Positions 1-9,651 of a stretch of DNA of 64,000 bases are shown piece after piece; the stretch's first letter is position 1, and each line of letters starts with the position of its first letter. Under the pieces are notes generated by a model, which worked only from the letters and a program-made list of their open reading frames with translations, had not been told where the DNA came from and made no database searches. The DNA lies in assembly GCA_037447435.1 (NCBI GenBank), contig JBBIGR010000008.1:1-64000 (forward strand). The letters run 5' to 3'. A program made the translations under genes and the position numbers. The stretch comes from Fibrobacteria bacterium (GTDB lineage: Bacteria; Fibrobacterota; Chitinivibrionia; Chitinivibrionales; FEN-1185).

Positions 1-67
1 TAAAATACTAAAACACAATATATTGGGGTTACCCATTAAATCACGCGATGCGGCGTAAAAAAAAAGT

Positions 68-1177
68 ATGAACATGTGGGAATACGATTTTCTCGTAGTA
101 GGTTCCGGGTTGTTCGGCGCGACCTTTGCCTACAAAGCTACAAAAGCCGGAAAAAGGTGTCTGGTAATTGACAGGCGCGATAGGGCCGGGGGCAACGTAT
201 ACTGTGAATCCAAAGAGAACATCAACGTCCACATATACGGCGCACACATTTTCCATACGTCGAACAGAATGGTTTGGGAATTTGTCAATTCGATCACGCC
301 TTTTAACCGCTATTGCCATTCGGTGCTCGCGAAACGGAAAAACAAGATCTATAATCTTCCGTTCAACATGAACACCTTTTATCAATTTTGGGGCGTGACG
401 ACGCCAAAAGAGGCGAGGGGGATTGTGCAGAAGTTGCGGGCGGCTTCGGGAATTACCGCGCCGGCAAATTTGGAGGAACAAGCGGTCTACTCGGTCGGTC
501 CCGAAATATATGAAGCGTTAATAAAGGATTATACGGAAAAACAATGGGGCCGCAGCGCCCGGGAGCTTCCGGCCGAAATCGCACGGAGATTGCCGGTACG
601 TTTCTCGTATGACAATAATTATTTCGACGACGCGTATCAAGGGATACCGATAGGCGGTTATAATAACCTGATCGGGAAATTATTGGGCGGCATCGAGGTG
701 CGATTGTCCTGCAATTATTTCCAACGCCGCGATTCGCTTTGCGGGATTGCAAAGAACATTATTTTTACCGGGAGAATCGATGAATACTTTGAGTTCAAAT
801 ACGGAATGTTGGACTATCGAAGTCTGCGGTTTGAAACGGAAACAATGGAAGACGATAATTTTCAGGGTTGTTCGGTGGTGAATTACTGCGATCCGGAAAC
901 CCCGTTTACCCGCATTATCGAACATAAGCATTTTGAGTTCGGCCGACAGGAAAAAACCGTGATCACCAGAGAGTTTCCGCTGAAATGGGAGAAAGACCTT
1001 GAGCCGTATTATCCGGTAAACGATGAAAAAAACAACCGGATTTTTGCACAGTACGAATCATTGGGTCGCGCCGAACCGCGAACTTTTTTCGGCGGCAGAC
1101 TTGCAGAATATAAATATTACGATATGGACCGGGTTGTGGAAAACGCAATAACCCTGGCGCGGAAAATCGCATCATGA
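68..1177 (+). CDS. glf: UDP-galactopyranose mutase
   Basis: N-terminal FAD motif VVGSGLFG, YGAHIFHT, YQGIPIGGY, TRIIEHKHF, EPYYPVND, GRLAEYKYYDMD. Confidence 0.97.
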   Translation: MNMWEYDFLVVGSGLFGATFAYKATKAGKRCLVIDRRDRAGGNVYCESKENINVHIYGAHIFHTSNRMVWEFVNSITPFNRYCHSVLAKRKNKIYNLPFNMNTFYQFWGVTTPKEARGIVQKLRAASGITAPANLEEQAVYSVGPEIYEALIKDYTEKQWGRSARELPAEIARRLPVRFSYDNNYFDDAYQGIPIGGYNNLIGKLLGGIEVRLSCNYFQRRDSLCGIAKNIIFTGRIDEYFEFKYGMLDYRSLRFETETMEDDNFQGCSVVNYCDPETPFTRIIEHKHFEFGRQEKTVITREFPLKWEKDLEPYYPVNDEKNNRIFAQYESLGRAEPRTFFGGRLAEYKYYDMDRVVENAITLARKIAS

Positions 1178-2316
1178 ATATTTACACAATGGAACAAAAG
1201 GAAAAACTGCTGACAGCCGTAAAGTTTTCGGCTATTGCGCTTACCGGGATTTTATTGCGTTTTTTTATTATGACGCTGGGACACAATTTTGATTTTGACT
1301 CGTACCAGATTGTGGGGAAAATCGTAAGCAGCGGGGGAAACGTATATGCAGAGACGACACGGTATAATTACGGACCGGTATTTTCACTGATTCTCGGATT
1401 GCTGTATTATTGCGCGTCTTTTTTTCGGGACCACGTTTTCGCATTCAGGATTTTTATCGTGGGGATGCTTACCGCGGCCGATTGCGCGTTGGCTTTTCTG
1501 GTCTATAAAAAATATGGTTCACTGAATGCGGCCGCATTGTTCCTTTTAAACCCGGTTTCGGTCATCATCACCGGGTACCATAATCAGTTTGACGCCCTTG
1601 CGATTTTGCCGGGATATGCAGCTTGCTTATTGACGGACGCTACCGGCAAATCGTTGACAAAAAAAGATATTGTTCCGATAGCGCTCGTTTCGCTCTCGCT
1701 TATGACAAAACATCTATTGTTCCTTTTCCCGGTGTGGATGCTTTTCAAGGCGAGTATGTCGGGCAAAAAACGGGTTGCGTATGCGTTTGTTCCGCCGGCG
1801 CTTTTCCTGCTTTCATTCCTGCCGTATATTGACAAAGGGCTAAACGGAATACTGCATAACGTATTTTTGTACAGACCGTTCGACAATTTCCCATTGCTCC
1901 ATATGGTTTTCCGGCGATTGAATATTTGCAATCTGGAAATATATTTCTTTGTTGCCTCGTTGGCGATGCTTGGGTATTGGACAAGGCAGAGGCAGTTGAA
2001 AGACCAAATACTTTTTTATTTTATCGGGCTCGTTTGTTTTTCGCCTGCCGTAGCAAATCAGTATTTGGCGATCCCGGTTTTGGCGATTTGCATTCTGGGC
2101 GGTTTTTTTAAGCATGTGTATTTTGCCGTTATAGGGCTTTTTCTTACGTTTAGCCCGGATGAATTAAAGCTGGGAATTTATTATAATCATAATAGCCTGG
2201 TGTCGTGGCTTGTGGGAAAGGGCGGGTATATGACCGCCGCCTGGATTCTTTTTGCCGTTCTTCTGTATAGGCTTTGGATCCGGCGGCAACGGAATAGGTC
2301 GCTTGCGCATGGATAA
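1174..2316 (+). CDS. Multi-pass membrane glycosyltransferase (GT-C fold, GT87/PIG-M-like)
   Basis: Many hydrophobic segments; NFDFDSY loop after TM1, YNYGP, LNPVS...HNQFD, QYLAIP motifs; ATGA overlap with glf. Confidence 0.7.
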   Translation: MNIYTMEQKEKLLTAVKFSAIALTGILLRFFIMTLGHNFDFDSYQIVGKIVSSGGNVYAETTRYNYGPVFSLILGLLYYCASFFRDHVFAFRIFIVGMLTAADCALAFLVYKKYGSLNAAALFLLNPVSVIITGYHNQFDALAILPGYAACLLTDATGKSLTKKDIVPIALVSLSLMTKHLLFLFPVWMLFKASMSGKKRVAYAFVPPALFLLSFLPYIDKGLNGILHNVFLYRPFDNFPLLHMVFRRLNICNLEIYFFVASLAMLGYWTRQRQLKDQILFYFIGLVCFSPAVANQYLAIPVLAICILGGFFKHVYFAVIGLFLTFSPDELKLGIYYNHNSLVSWLVGKGGYMTAAWILFAVLLYRLWIRRQRNRSLAHG

Positions 2317-3055
2317 CGTATATATCGTGATGCCTGCATATAATGAATCGGAGAATATCGATACTATCGTAAATCAATGGTACCCGGTGGTTGAGAAAAT
2401 CGGAAACGCAAGCCGGTTGATAATCGTGGACGACGGCAGTACCGATTCGACGTTTGAAAAAATCAATGTGCTGAAAACGGGAAAACCGTTATTGATACCG
2501 GTAAAAAAAGAAAATTCGGGACATGGCAACACCTGTCTTTTTGCCTACAAATACGCGATACAAAACCAGGCGGACTTTATTTTCCAAACCGATTCGGACG
2601 GACAAACCGATCCGCTGGATTTTTGGCCGTTTTGGGAAATAAGACACGAATACGAGTTCGTTGTGGGGTCCCGGAAAAAACGCAGGGACGGAATCGGAAG
2701 GATTTTTGTTGCGATGGTGCTCAAGCTGTTCTTGTTTGTAATGACCGGACTCTTTATTGAAGATGCGAATACGCCTTTTCGCCTGATGAAAAAAGAATGC
2801 CTGAAAAAGTATGTCGATTGCATCCCGGACAAGTTCTTTTTGGTGAATGTTTTGATCGCGTGTTTTTTTGTCGCAAAAAAGGACAGGTATAAATGGATGC
2901 CGATCGGCTTTAATTGCAGGCAGGCAGGAAAAAATTCCGTGAATTTTAGAAAGATTTTCAAAATAGGTTTTAAAGCTATCCGTGATTTCAGAATAGCTAA
3001 AAAATTGCTGTTTTCGAATAATAATAACACGGGAGGAGCTGAAGTTGCGCCATAA
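2309..3055 (+). CDS. GT2 polyprenol-phosphate glycosyltransferase (DPM/GtrB-like)
   Basis: IVMPAYNE, VDDGSTD, NSGHG, QTDSDGQ, DANTPFRL; start moved to ATG at 2309. Confidence 0.9.
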   Translation: MDNVYIVMPAYNESENIDTIVNQWYPVVEKIGNASRLIIVDDGSTDSTFEKINVLKTGKPLLIPVKKENSGHGNTCLFAYKYAIQNQADFIFQTDSDGQTDPLDFWPFWEIRHEYEFVVGSRKKRRDGIGRIFVAMVLKLFLFVMTGLFIEDANTPFRLMKKECLKKYVDCIPDKFFLVNVLIACFFVAKKDRYKWMPIGFNCRQAGKNSVNFRKIFKIGFKAIRDFRIAKKLLFSNNNNTGGAEVAP

Positions 3056-4580
3056 AAAAAAAGCGGAAATCATCATACTCGGAATTATACTGGCAATCGC
3101 TTTCCATGTTTTGCAGGAACGCATCGTTTGCCGGGCAATGCCGAGCGGTGACGAAGGTTCGTGGATGGCTGTCGCAACGCAATTGTCCAAAGGGCAGGGT
3201 TTCACGACAAAGTGGCTCGAGTACACGTTTCTTTCCCATTGGGACCTTCCGCGACCCGATGATTTCAGGTATCCCGGACTTGTCGGCATCATGGCTTTGA
3301 CATTTAAGATATTCGGGACATCGTTTACCGTCGGGCTTTGGACCGTCGGCGTCATTTTTATGGCGTTTTGCATGGCGTTTTATTGCGCAATCAGAAAGGC
3401 TTTCGGGGTTTCGACGGCAATCGTTTCGACAACCTTAACCGTATTGTCGCTTTTACAATTGTATTGGAACACCAGAGTGTATACCGAAGGGTTGTTCGGG
3501 GTATTACTGGCATTGCTGGTTTTATGGGCTACGATGTTCAAAACAAATCAAATGCGATTTTGGATATATACGGGAGTGACGATAGGATGTTTATATTTGG
3601 TGCGGCCGAATGCGCTCCTGTTCATGGTTGCCTTGGCGGCAACCGGAATTTTAAAAATTTATGGGAAAAAAACACGATCGCTTTTTGTCGTGGTCGGCGT
3701 GCTTGCTTTTTTAGCGGTTGTGGCGCCGTGGCTCGCAAGAATGCAATTGCAATTCGGTAATCCGTTTCATGTGGCGGCAAACGCGGGACTCGCACGGGTG
3801 TCTATTACCGAAAGCCCGGCAAAAAGCGCGATGTCCTTTTTCGCCTCGAACAGCCTCATGTTCTATCCCAAATCAATCGTCATCGGTTTGTGGCATATGA
3901 TCGCTGCCTGGGACGATTTTGAACACGGCATGGAATTCATTCCGGTTTTTTTTGCAGGCATTGCCGCCGTGAGAAGAAAGACCTTTTTTGGGCCCGGCAT
4001 TCTACTTGGGTTTGGTCTTTCGTTTCTTGCCTGTTGCTATGTCGGGTATCTGTATCCCTGGGCGGCAATCCGGTATTTTGTAAGTTTCATACCTTTTTTA
4101 TACGCCTACGGCATTCATGAGGCAATAGCAATGTGCAAAAAATACGCAAACCGTTTTTTGCCCGGTAACCTTCCTTATTCAGCTTCGCTGGTGCTATTGG
4201 CCTGCTGCATTCCGATTTACTATCCGCATAAGTATTATGAGCGGGTGTTGCCTAAAACCCCGAAAAGCGACCAGGTATTTAACTCATTTGTCAAACCGGT
4301 GCAACAAATTTGCAAGGCAAACGATGTCTATTGCGCCCGATCCCTGGCGCAGTTAAACTTTTTATGCGACAGAAAATGCGTCGGCGTGCAAACATTCTTC
4401 GATTCGACGCAGGTGGATACGATCATAAAACGCTTCCACCCCCGACTCATTACGGTGACTGCGGAGGAAGACACCGAACCGGTAATGAAGGGCATAATTG
4501 ATAAGTTCAAAGCCGTAAGCGATACGTTTTATTGTCTGCGCAAAAACCCAAACAACTCCTTTTATGTGCTGAAAAAATAA
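3045..4580 (+). CDS. ArnT/PMT-like (GT39/GT83) membrane glycosyltransferase
   Basis: GDE motif after TM1, RYPG, YTEGLF, LVRPN, RYF; multiple TM helices plus soluble C-terminal domain. Confidence 0.75.
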   Translation: MRHKKKAEIIILGIILAIAFHVLQERIVCRAMPSGDEGSWMAVATQLSKGQGFTTKWLEYTFLSHWDLPRPDDFRYPGLVGIMALTFKIFGTSFTVGLWTVGVIFMAFCMAFYCAIRKAFGVSTAIVSTTLTVLSLLQLYWNTRVYTEGLFGVLLALLVLWATMFKTNQMRFWIYTGVTIGCLYLVRPNALLFMVALAATGILKIYGKKTRSLFVVVGVLAFLAVVAPWLARMQLQFGNPFHVAANAGLARVSITESPAKSAMSFFASNSLMFYPKSIVIGLWHMIAAWDDFEHGMEFIPVFFAGIAAVRRKTFFGPGILLGFGLSFLACCYVGYLYPWAAIRYFVSFIPFLYAYGIHEAIAMCKKYANRFLPGNLPYSASLVLLACCIPIYYPHKYYERVLPKTPKSDQVFNSFVKPVQQICKANDVYCARSLAQLNFLCDRKCVGVQTFFDSTQVDTIIKRFHPRLITVTAEEDTEPVMKGIIDKFKAVSDTFYCLRKNPNNSFYVLKK

Positions 4581-4611
4581 TCGCACGAAAAACCGTGTCC
4601 GTACGTTCCGA

Positions 4612-6459
4612 TCATTTCACAATGCCGAGCTTCCGGCACATCTGCGTCCCGTTCATCGAAATCCGTATGAAATAAACGCCGGATTGTAAATTGACCATTG
4701 GTAATGCCATCGAGTAAGACCCGGCAGTGAAATGCCGGTTTGCCATTATTTGTATAGTTTGTCCGACGGCGTTATGCAGCGAAATCGCGATTATTCCGCT
4801 TTGCGGAACGCTGAAGCGGATCGAACGGGAAGCGATGTCCAATCCAAATTCCGGTTCGTGCCGAGCGGTAAGCCGGCTACCGGCTATTCCGACTACCGGA
4901 ATCGGTTTTGCGACAACGTTGTTCCAACCCGGCATTTTATCGCGTGAGACCGTATTGTCGCTGCCGCCGTAGCTACCCTTAATATCACCGTTTGTCAATT
5001 CGGACCAGCCGCTGAAATACACCCAGCGGGGTTGGGCCTTGAGTTCCGCGGAGGTGGGGACTTTGCCCGTTTCGGCTATTCCTATCAGTCTGTCTCCGGC
5101 AATGTCGAGCATCGCATTGTATTTCTTAGCGGTAAATCCATCGCCAGCGTACACGTCCATAGTCATTAGGTCCCAGTACTCGTCGCCGGGGTTATAGTCG
5201 GAAAAATTCCAGCTTAAATCCTGTATACTCCAGATAAAGAAAACATTGGTAAGGCCGAGCGTATCGACAAGATAATCGTGCGCGATTTGGAATAATCGCG
5301 AGGTGCCGGTGGGGCCGGTTCTTCCTCCCCACCAAAAATCGGCCTGGTTCATTTCGTGAAACGGCCGGAAAATCACTTCGACACCCGCGTCTTTGAGCGT
5401 TTTGAAATGAGTGCCGATGCTTTTCATTCTTTGTTTGAACGTATTGTTCAGAGACGTGCCGTCTGTGGTCAATTGCTTCCATTGGTCGTCAGATAATTTT
5501 GATTTGACGCCGCCGTCCCAACCGCAAGATTCACCTTGTGTTGGAGGGCACATATGGTACATGAGATTGACAACCGCTCCTTTGCTCCATTGATTCTTCG
5601 CTTCGTTGATCATGGTCCCGCGATTCGCGACATTGTCCGATTCGAACAGGAAATCGCCTCCCCATAGTCCCGGATATTTTCCGGTCTGGTTATATATCCA
5701 ATTGGTCCATTGCGCAGGATTGGAATTGGGTTCGCGGTTGTGAATGCCGCAAATCGTTTTTGTCCCGATAATATCGTACATATAGGTGAGGACTTTGCTT
5801 AAACGCCCGGTTGCGGCCTGCTTTTTAAGCGTTGGCGCCGACAGGATGAACTTTTCGTTGTTTCCTATGGAAAGGCCGCTTGCGTGCAAAATAAAAAACG
5901 AAACCGTATACGGTTTCAGCATATCGGGAGTAATGACAAGGGAGGAAGTGTTTTCGCCCGACACGGTTTTGTCAACGGAATGATTCGCGATAGTTGCGGA
6001 ATCATAATACGGGACAATAGTGGTGTCTTCCCGTACAACGGAAACAAAATGCCCGTTTATCTTGGACCGCAATGAAAACGTTCCGTCGTTATTGCCGACC
6101 CAGGAAAAAAGCGTATTTTCGGACACGGTATCGGAGAGGCCTTCAATTCTATTATTTGGTTTGTTCGGGTTGATGGCCAAATATTTATTTGCGTAATGCG
6201 AACGCAAAGCGATATACCCGTTATTCGCATCCACGATATCGAATAATGTCCGGGAATCGGGCTTGTTTGCGCTGGCATGAAGATCTATCTCAATGCCTTC
6301 ATCCCAGGTTACCACATATTTTGCCGTTGCCATTGATTGAAAGGTTATGGTTTTTTCTATTGGTGCAATTGTGATTTGGGAAAAACCGGAACCTTTCAGA
6401 ATTAAAAAGGCGAAAAAACCGATAACACATAAATGTTTAATCGCTTTAATTTTAATCAT
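4612..6459 (-). CDS. GH26 glycoside hydrolase (beta-mannanase family) with N-terminal fascin-like domain and T9SS-type C-terminal sorting domain
   Basis: Signal peptide; IALRS..NKYL and FSLRS.INGHFVS fascin-like repeats; RPFHEMN (acid/base), FWWG, IGIAETG (nucleophile); tail LHNAVGQ...SGVYFIRI...KLGIVK. Confidence 0.9.
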   Translation of the reverse strand: MIKIKAIKHLCVIGFFAFLILKGSGFSQITIAPIEKTITFQSMATAKYVVTWDEGIEIDLHASANKPDSRTLFDIVDANNGYIALRSHYANKYLAINPNKPNNRIEGLSDTVSENTLFSWVGNNDGTFSLRSKINGHFVSVVREDTTIVPYYDSATIANHSVDKTVSGENTSSLVITPDMLKPYTVSFFILHASGLSIGNNEKFILSAPTLKKQAATGRLSKVLTYMYDIIGTKTICGIHNREPNSNPAQWTNWIYNQTGKYPGLWGGDFLFESDNVANRGTMINEAKNQWSKGAVVNLMYHMCPPTQGESCGWDGGVKSKLSDDQWKQLTTDGTSLNNTFKQRMKSIGTHFKTLKDAGVEVIFRPFHEMNQADFWWGGRTGPTGTSRLFQIAHDYLVDTLGLTNVFFIWSIQDLSWNFSDYNPGDEYWDLMTMDVYAGDGFTAKKYNAMLDIAGDRLIGIAETGKVPTSAELKAQPRWVYFSGWSELTNGDIKGSYGGSDNTVSRDKMPGWNNVVAKPIPVVGIAGSRLTARHEPEFGLDIASRSIRFSVPQSGIIAISLHNAVGQTIQIMANRHFTAGSYSMALPMVNLQSGVYFIRISMNGTQMCRKLGIVK

Positions 6460-6529
6460 TATTTACCCTTTCTTTTAAAAACATTTAAAAAAAATGAGGG
6501 GAACAAGGCGGAGTTGATTAAGCGATTAA
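6437..6529. promoter_or_regulatory. Candidate LacI-type operators: TTAAGCGATTAA (6518-6529) and TTAATCGCTTTA (6437-6448, inside the gene start)
   Basis: CG-centred near-palindromes matching the perfect TTAATCGATTAA upstream of the paralog. Confidence 0.5.
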
Positions 6530-6681
6530 AACCGGTATTTTACAGGTTTTATATGAATATTATGTTGTCCCCTCAGACAAGAATTGTAATAAATATACAG
6601 TATATTTTAAAAAAAGCAGGATTTTTAAAAAGCAGGTATGTATGAGACAATGCAAACCATGCAGCGGCTCACTAAAATTGC

Positions 6682-6721
6682 CTTATAAGCACATTTGATT
6701 TTATTCAAATGCGCTTATAAG
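6682..6721 (-). terminator. 17-bp stem-loop between the two GH26 genes (terminator or mRNA-stabilising hairpin)
   Basis: CTTATAAGCACATTTGA-ttttat-TCAAATGCGCTTATAAG; the single mismatch becomes a G-U pair on the minus strand; weak U tract. Confidence 0.65.
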
Positions 6722-6739
6722 ATTAATACCCTTTAATGG

Positions 6740-8587
6740 TCACTTGAGAATTGAAATTTTCTGTGTCGATTCATTGATTGGGGTTGAAAGCCGGACAAAA
6801 TAAATACCCGGGAGAAAGGTTTTTGATGAGAACGACTGCACGTGATTTCCTGCATTGTAAACGCCGTTTGCCACGGTCATGAGTTTTTGGCCAAGTGCGT
6901 TATGAATGGAAATGGTCACGAAACTTTCCCGATTGAGCCGGAAAATGACTGACCGTGCGGTAACGGAACAAAGAATAGGTTGCGCGGCGGACAGTGAGGG
7001 ATCTGGCGTATCGATGCCGACATTTTGAACGGATTTTGCAACGACATTGTTCCAACCCGGCATTTCATCGCGCGATAACGTATTGGTGCTTCCCCCGTAG
7101 CTCCCTTTTATATCACCATTTGTCAGTTCGGACCAGCCGCTGAAATATACCCAACGGGGCTGCGCTTTGAGTTCCGCGGATGTCGGCACCGTGCCGGTTT
7201 CGGCAATGCCGATCAGGCGGTTGCCGGCAACATCGAGCATCGAATTGTATTTTTTAGAGGTAAACCCGTCTCCATTGTAAAAGTCCATGGTCATGAGATC
7301 CCAATAATTTTCTCCGGGATTGTAGTCGGAAAAATTCCAGCTTAAATCCTGTATGCTCCAGATGAAAAAAACATTTGTTAAGCCCATGGTGTCGACCAGA
7401 TAATCATGCGCTATTTGGAATAGCTTCGATGTGCCTGAAGTGCCGGTGCGGCCGCCCCACCAGAAAGCGGATTGATTCATTTCATGAAAAGGCCTGAATA
7501 GCACTTCGACCCCCGCGTCCTTAAGCGTTTTCATATAAGTTCCGACTGTTTTTAGGCGTTGTTTAAAGGTTGTGTTAAGCGTTGTGCCGTTTTGGATAAG
7601 CAGGTTCCATTGATCGGATGAAAGCGATGACTGGACTCCGCCGCTCCAGGCGCAGGCTTCTCCCTGAGTGGGCGGGCACATATGATACATGAGAACGACG
7701 GCTGCGCCGTTGTTCCATTGATTTTTCGCCTCATTGATCATTGTTCCCCGGGTTGCAATATTCTCGGATTCAAATAAAAAGTCTCCGCTCCAAAGCGCGG
7801 GATATTTTCCGCATTGCCCATATACCCAATTCGTCCAATGAGCAGGGTCGGAATTGGGCTCGCGGTTATGAATGCCGCTTATGGTTTTTGATCCGCAAAT
7901 ACCGTACATATAGGTCAACACCTTGCTCAGGCGTTCGGTTGCGGCAGTCTTTTTTAGCGCGGGAACGGAAATGTTGAATTTTTCCCGATCGCCGATGTCG
8001 GGAGAAATCGCATGAAGAACCGAAAATGTCACGATATACGGCTTCAGCATGCTTGGCGTTACGACAAGCGACGTCGTATTTTCGCCTGTGGCGGTTTTTT
8101 CTATCGAATGGTTTGCGATGGTCGCAGAATCGTAGGAAGGAATTATCACGGTATCTTCGGAAACCACGGAAATGAATTTTCCGTTCACCCTTGATTTAAG
8201 AGATATGGACCCGTCGGGATTTTGAACCAAGGAAAACAGTGCGTTATCGGATAAATCGGATGAAGTGCAGACCACTCTGGTATTTGCCGATGATGTATCC
8301 AAAGACCAGAATTTATCGACAAGCCTGGAACGCAGTCCGATAAACCCATTTTCGGCATTGACGATTTCCAGCTCGGCACGGGTATCGTCTGTGTTGGCGC
8401 TTGCATGCAGGTCGGCAGAGTTTCCGTTATCCCATGTTACTATGAATTTTCCCGTTGCCAATGAATGCAGGGAAATAATGCTTTTGTGAGCACCGGTACT
8501 GTTTTGGGAAAAGGCCAAAGAAAAAATGAAAAGAACCGCATAGGAAGCAAAAAGGGATAGTCGGAAAAATGAGATAAAGGCTTGCAT
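6740..8587 (-). CDS. GH26 glycoside hydrolase paralog (fascin-like + GH26 + T9SS-type tail)
   Basis: Same architecture and long identical stretches with 4612..6459 (GIHNREPNS, RPFHEMNQ, SIQDLSWNFSDYNPG, IAETG); start moved to ATG 8587 behind AAGGG. Confidence 0.9.
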   Translation of the reverse strand: MQAFISFFRLSLFASYAVLFIFSLAFSQNSTGAHKSIISLHSLATGKFIVTWDNGNSADLHASANTDDTRAELEIVNAENGFIGLRSRLVDKFWSLDTSSANTRVVCTSSDLSDNALFSLVQNPDGSISLKSRVNGKFISVVSEDTVIIPSYDSATIANHSIEKTATGENTTSLVVTPSMLKPYIVTFSVLHAISPDIGDREKFNISVPALKKTAATERLSKVLTYMYGICGSKTISGIHNREPNSDPAHWTNWVYGQCGKYPALWSGDFLFESENIATRGTMINEAKNQWNNGAAVVLMYHMCPPTQGEACAWSGGVQSSLSSDQWNLLIQNGTTLNTTFKQRLKTVGTYMKTLKDAGVEVLFRPFHEMNQSAFWWGGRTGTSGTSKLFQIAHDYLVDTMGLTNVFFIWSIQDLSWNFSDYNPGENYWDLMTMDFYNGDGFTSKKYNSMLDVAGNRLIGIAETGTVPTSAELKAQPRWVYFSGWSELTNGDIKGSYGGSTNTLSRDEMPGWNNVVAKSVQNVGIDTPDPSLSAAQPILCSVTARSVIFRLNRESFVTISIHNALGQKLMTVANGVYNAGNHVQSFSSKTFLPGIYFVRLSTPINESTQKISILK

Positions 8588-8627
8588 GGAAAATCCCTTC
8601 TTATAACCGTAAAAACGGACCACCTGC

Positions 8628-8639
8628 TTAATCGATTAA
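8628..8639. promoter_or_regulatory. Candidate LacI-type operator TTAATCGATTAA
   Basis: Perfect 12-bp CG-centred palindrome about 40 bp upstream of the GH26 start. Confidence 0.5.
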
Positions 8640-8739
8640 ATAACTTTACGTAAGTTATCCAAATAGCCGTTTTGACTCATAATTGCTCTGAGCCGGCCAT
8701 GTTTTAAATTATACACCCTAAAGCGGTATATTTCTACGA

Positions 8740-9588
8740 TTATTTTTTATTTATAATCTCTGCGATAAGCCCAAAAAAGAAGGTTTGAAATGCCATAAAA
8801 AATAAAATAAGCGTAAGCCCGCCAAAATAATTGGTACCAAGGATGTCCCGAAGGCCGCGGGCGCATGCCAAGGCGAAAAATAATCCCGATAATGGCACGA
8901 AAAACCGGAGCGGTTTGAAATAGAGTCCGAGCCGGAAAATGAGGGAAAAAAACTTAAGCGTATCGGCAATCGGTCGAATTCTTGAATTGCCGATTCGTTT
9001 GAAATACGGGATGTCGATGAATTTGACTTTATAGAAGTTGGTGATGCATATCATGGTGAGGGTGGTCGTGAAAGAAAACCGTTTCGGGAACATTCGTTTA
9101 TATTTAAGGGCAATTTCCTTTTTAAAGATACGCATTCCCGAATTAAGGTCCGGTATGTAAAAATCCGCGATAAAGCTCGCTATTTTTTGTAATAAATATT
9201 TCGGTATTCTTTTAAGAACCGAGATATCGGCCCATCGCCTTTTGCCCACAACCATGTCGAAGTCGTTGGAAAATTCGAAAAAACGTTTGAATTGATCGAT
9301 GGGGTATGTTCCATCAGCATCGACAATTGCGATCCAATCATATTTTGATTGCTGTATTCCGGACAAAAGGCTGGTGCCGTATCCCATATTCATTTCATGA
9401 TGCAGTACGGTAACGTTGTCGAAAGCGATAGACGGAAAACGGTCCGGTTTCGTGCCGTCATTCACGACGATGATTTCGGTTTCCCAAGAATCAAGGCCTT
9501 TTGCGACAAGCCTGATTTGTTCGACGGTATGTAAAATTATTTCGCTGCTTTCCTTGTAACAGGGGACGATAAAAGAACAAGCTTTCAT
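8740..9588 (-). CDS. GT2 glycosyltransferase with two C-terminal TM helices
   Basis: IVPCY, VNDG, NMGYG, VDADGTYP, DLNSGMRIF. Confidence 0.9.
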   Translation of the reverse strand: MKACSFIVPCYKESSEIILHTVEQIRLVAKGLDSWETEIIVVNDGTKPDRFPSIAFDNVTVLHHEMNMGYGTSLLSGIQQSKYDWIAIVDADGTYPIDQFKRFFEFSNDFDMVVGKRRWADISVLKRIPKYLLQKIASFIADFYIPDLNSGMRIFKKEIALKYKRMFPKRFSFTTTLTMICITNFYKVKFIDIPYFKRIGNSRIRPIADTLKFFSLIFRLGLYFKPLRFFVPLSGLFFALACARGLRDILGTNYFGGLTLILFFMAFQTFFFGLIAEIINKK

Positions 9589-9651
9589 GATGGTTGCCTT
9601 GTGGAAATTAATGGATTTGTTGTCGTCATATAAAGGAAATGGACCAGAATA

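Noticed and set aside
2489..3373. 294-aa minus-strand ORF across the GT2/ArnT junction
   Set aside because: Antisense to two well-supported genes and has no motifs.
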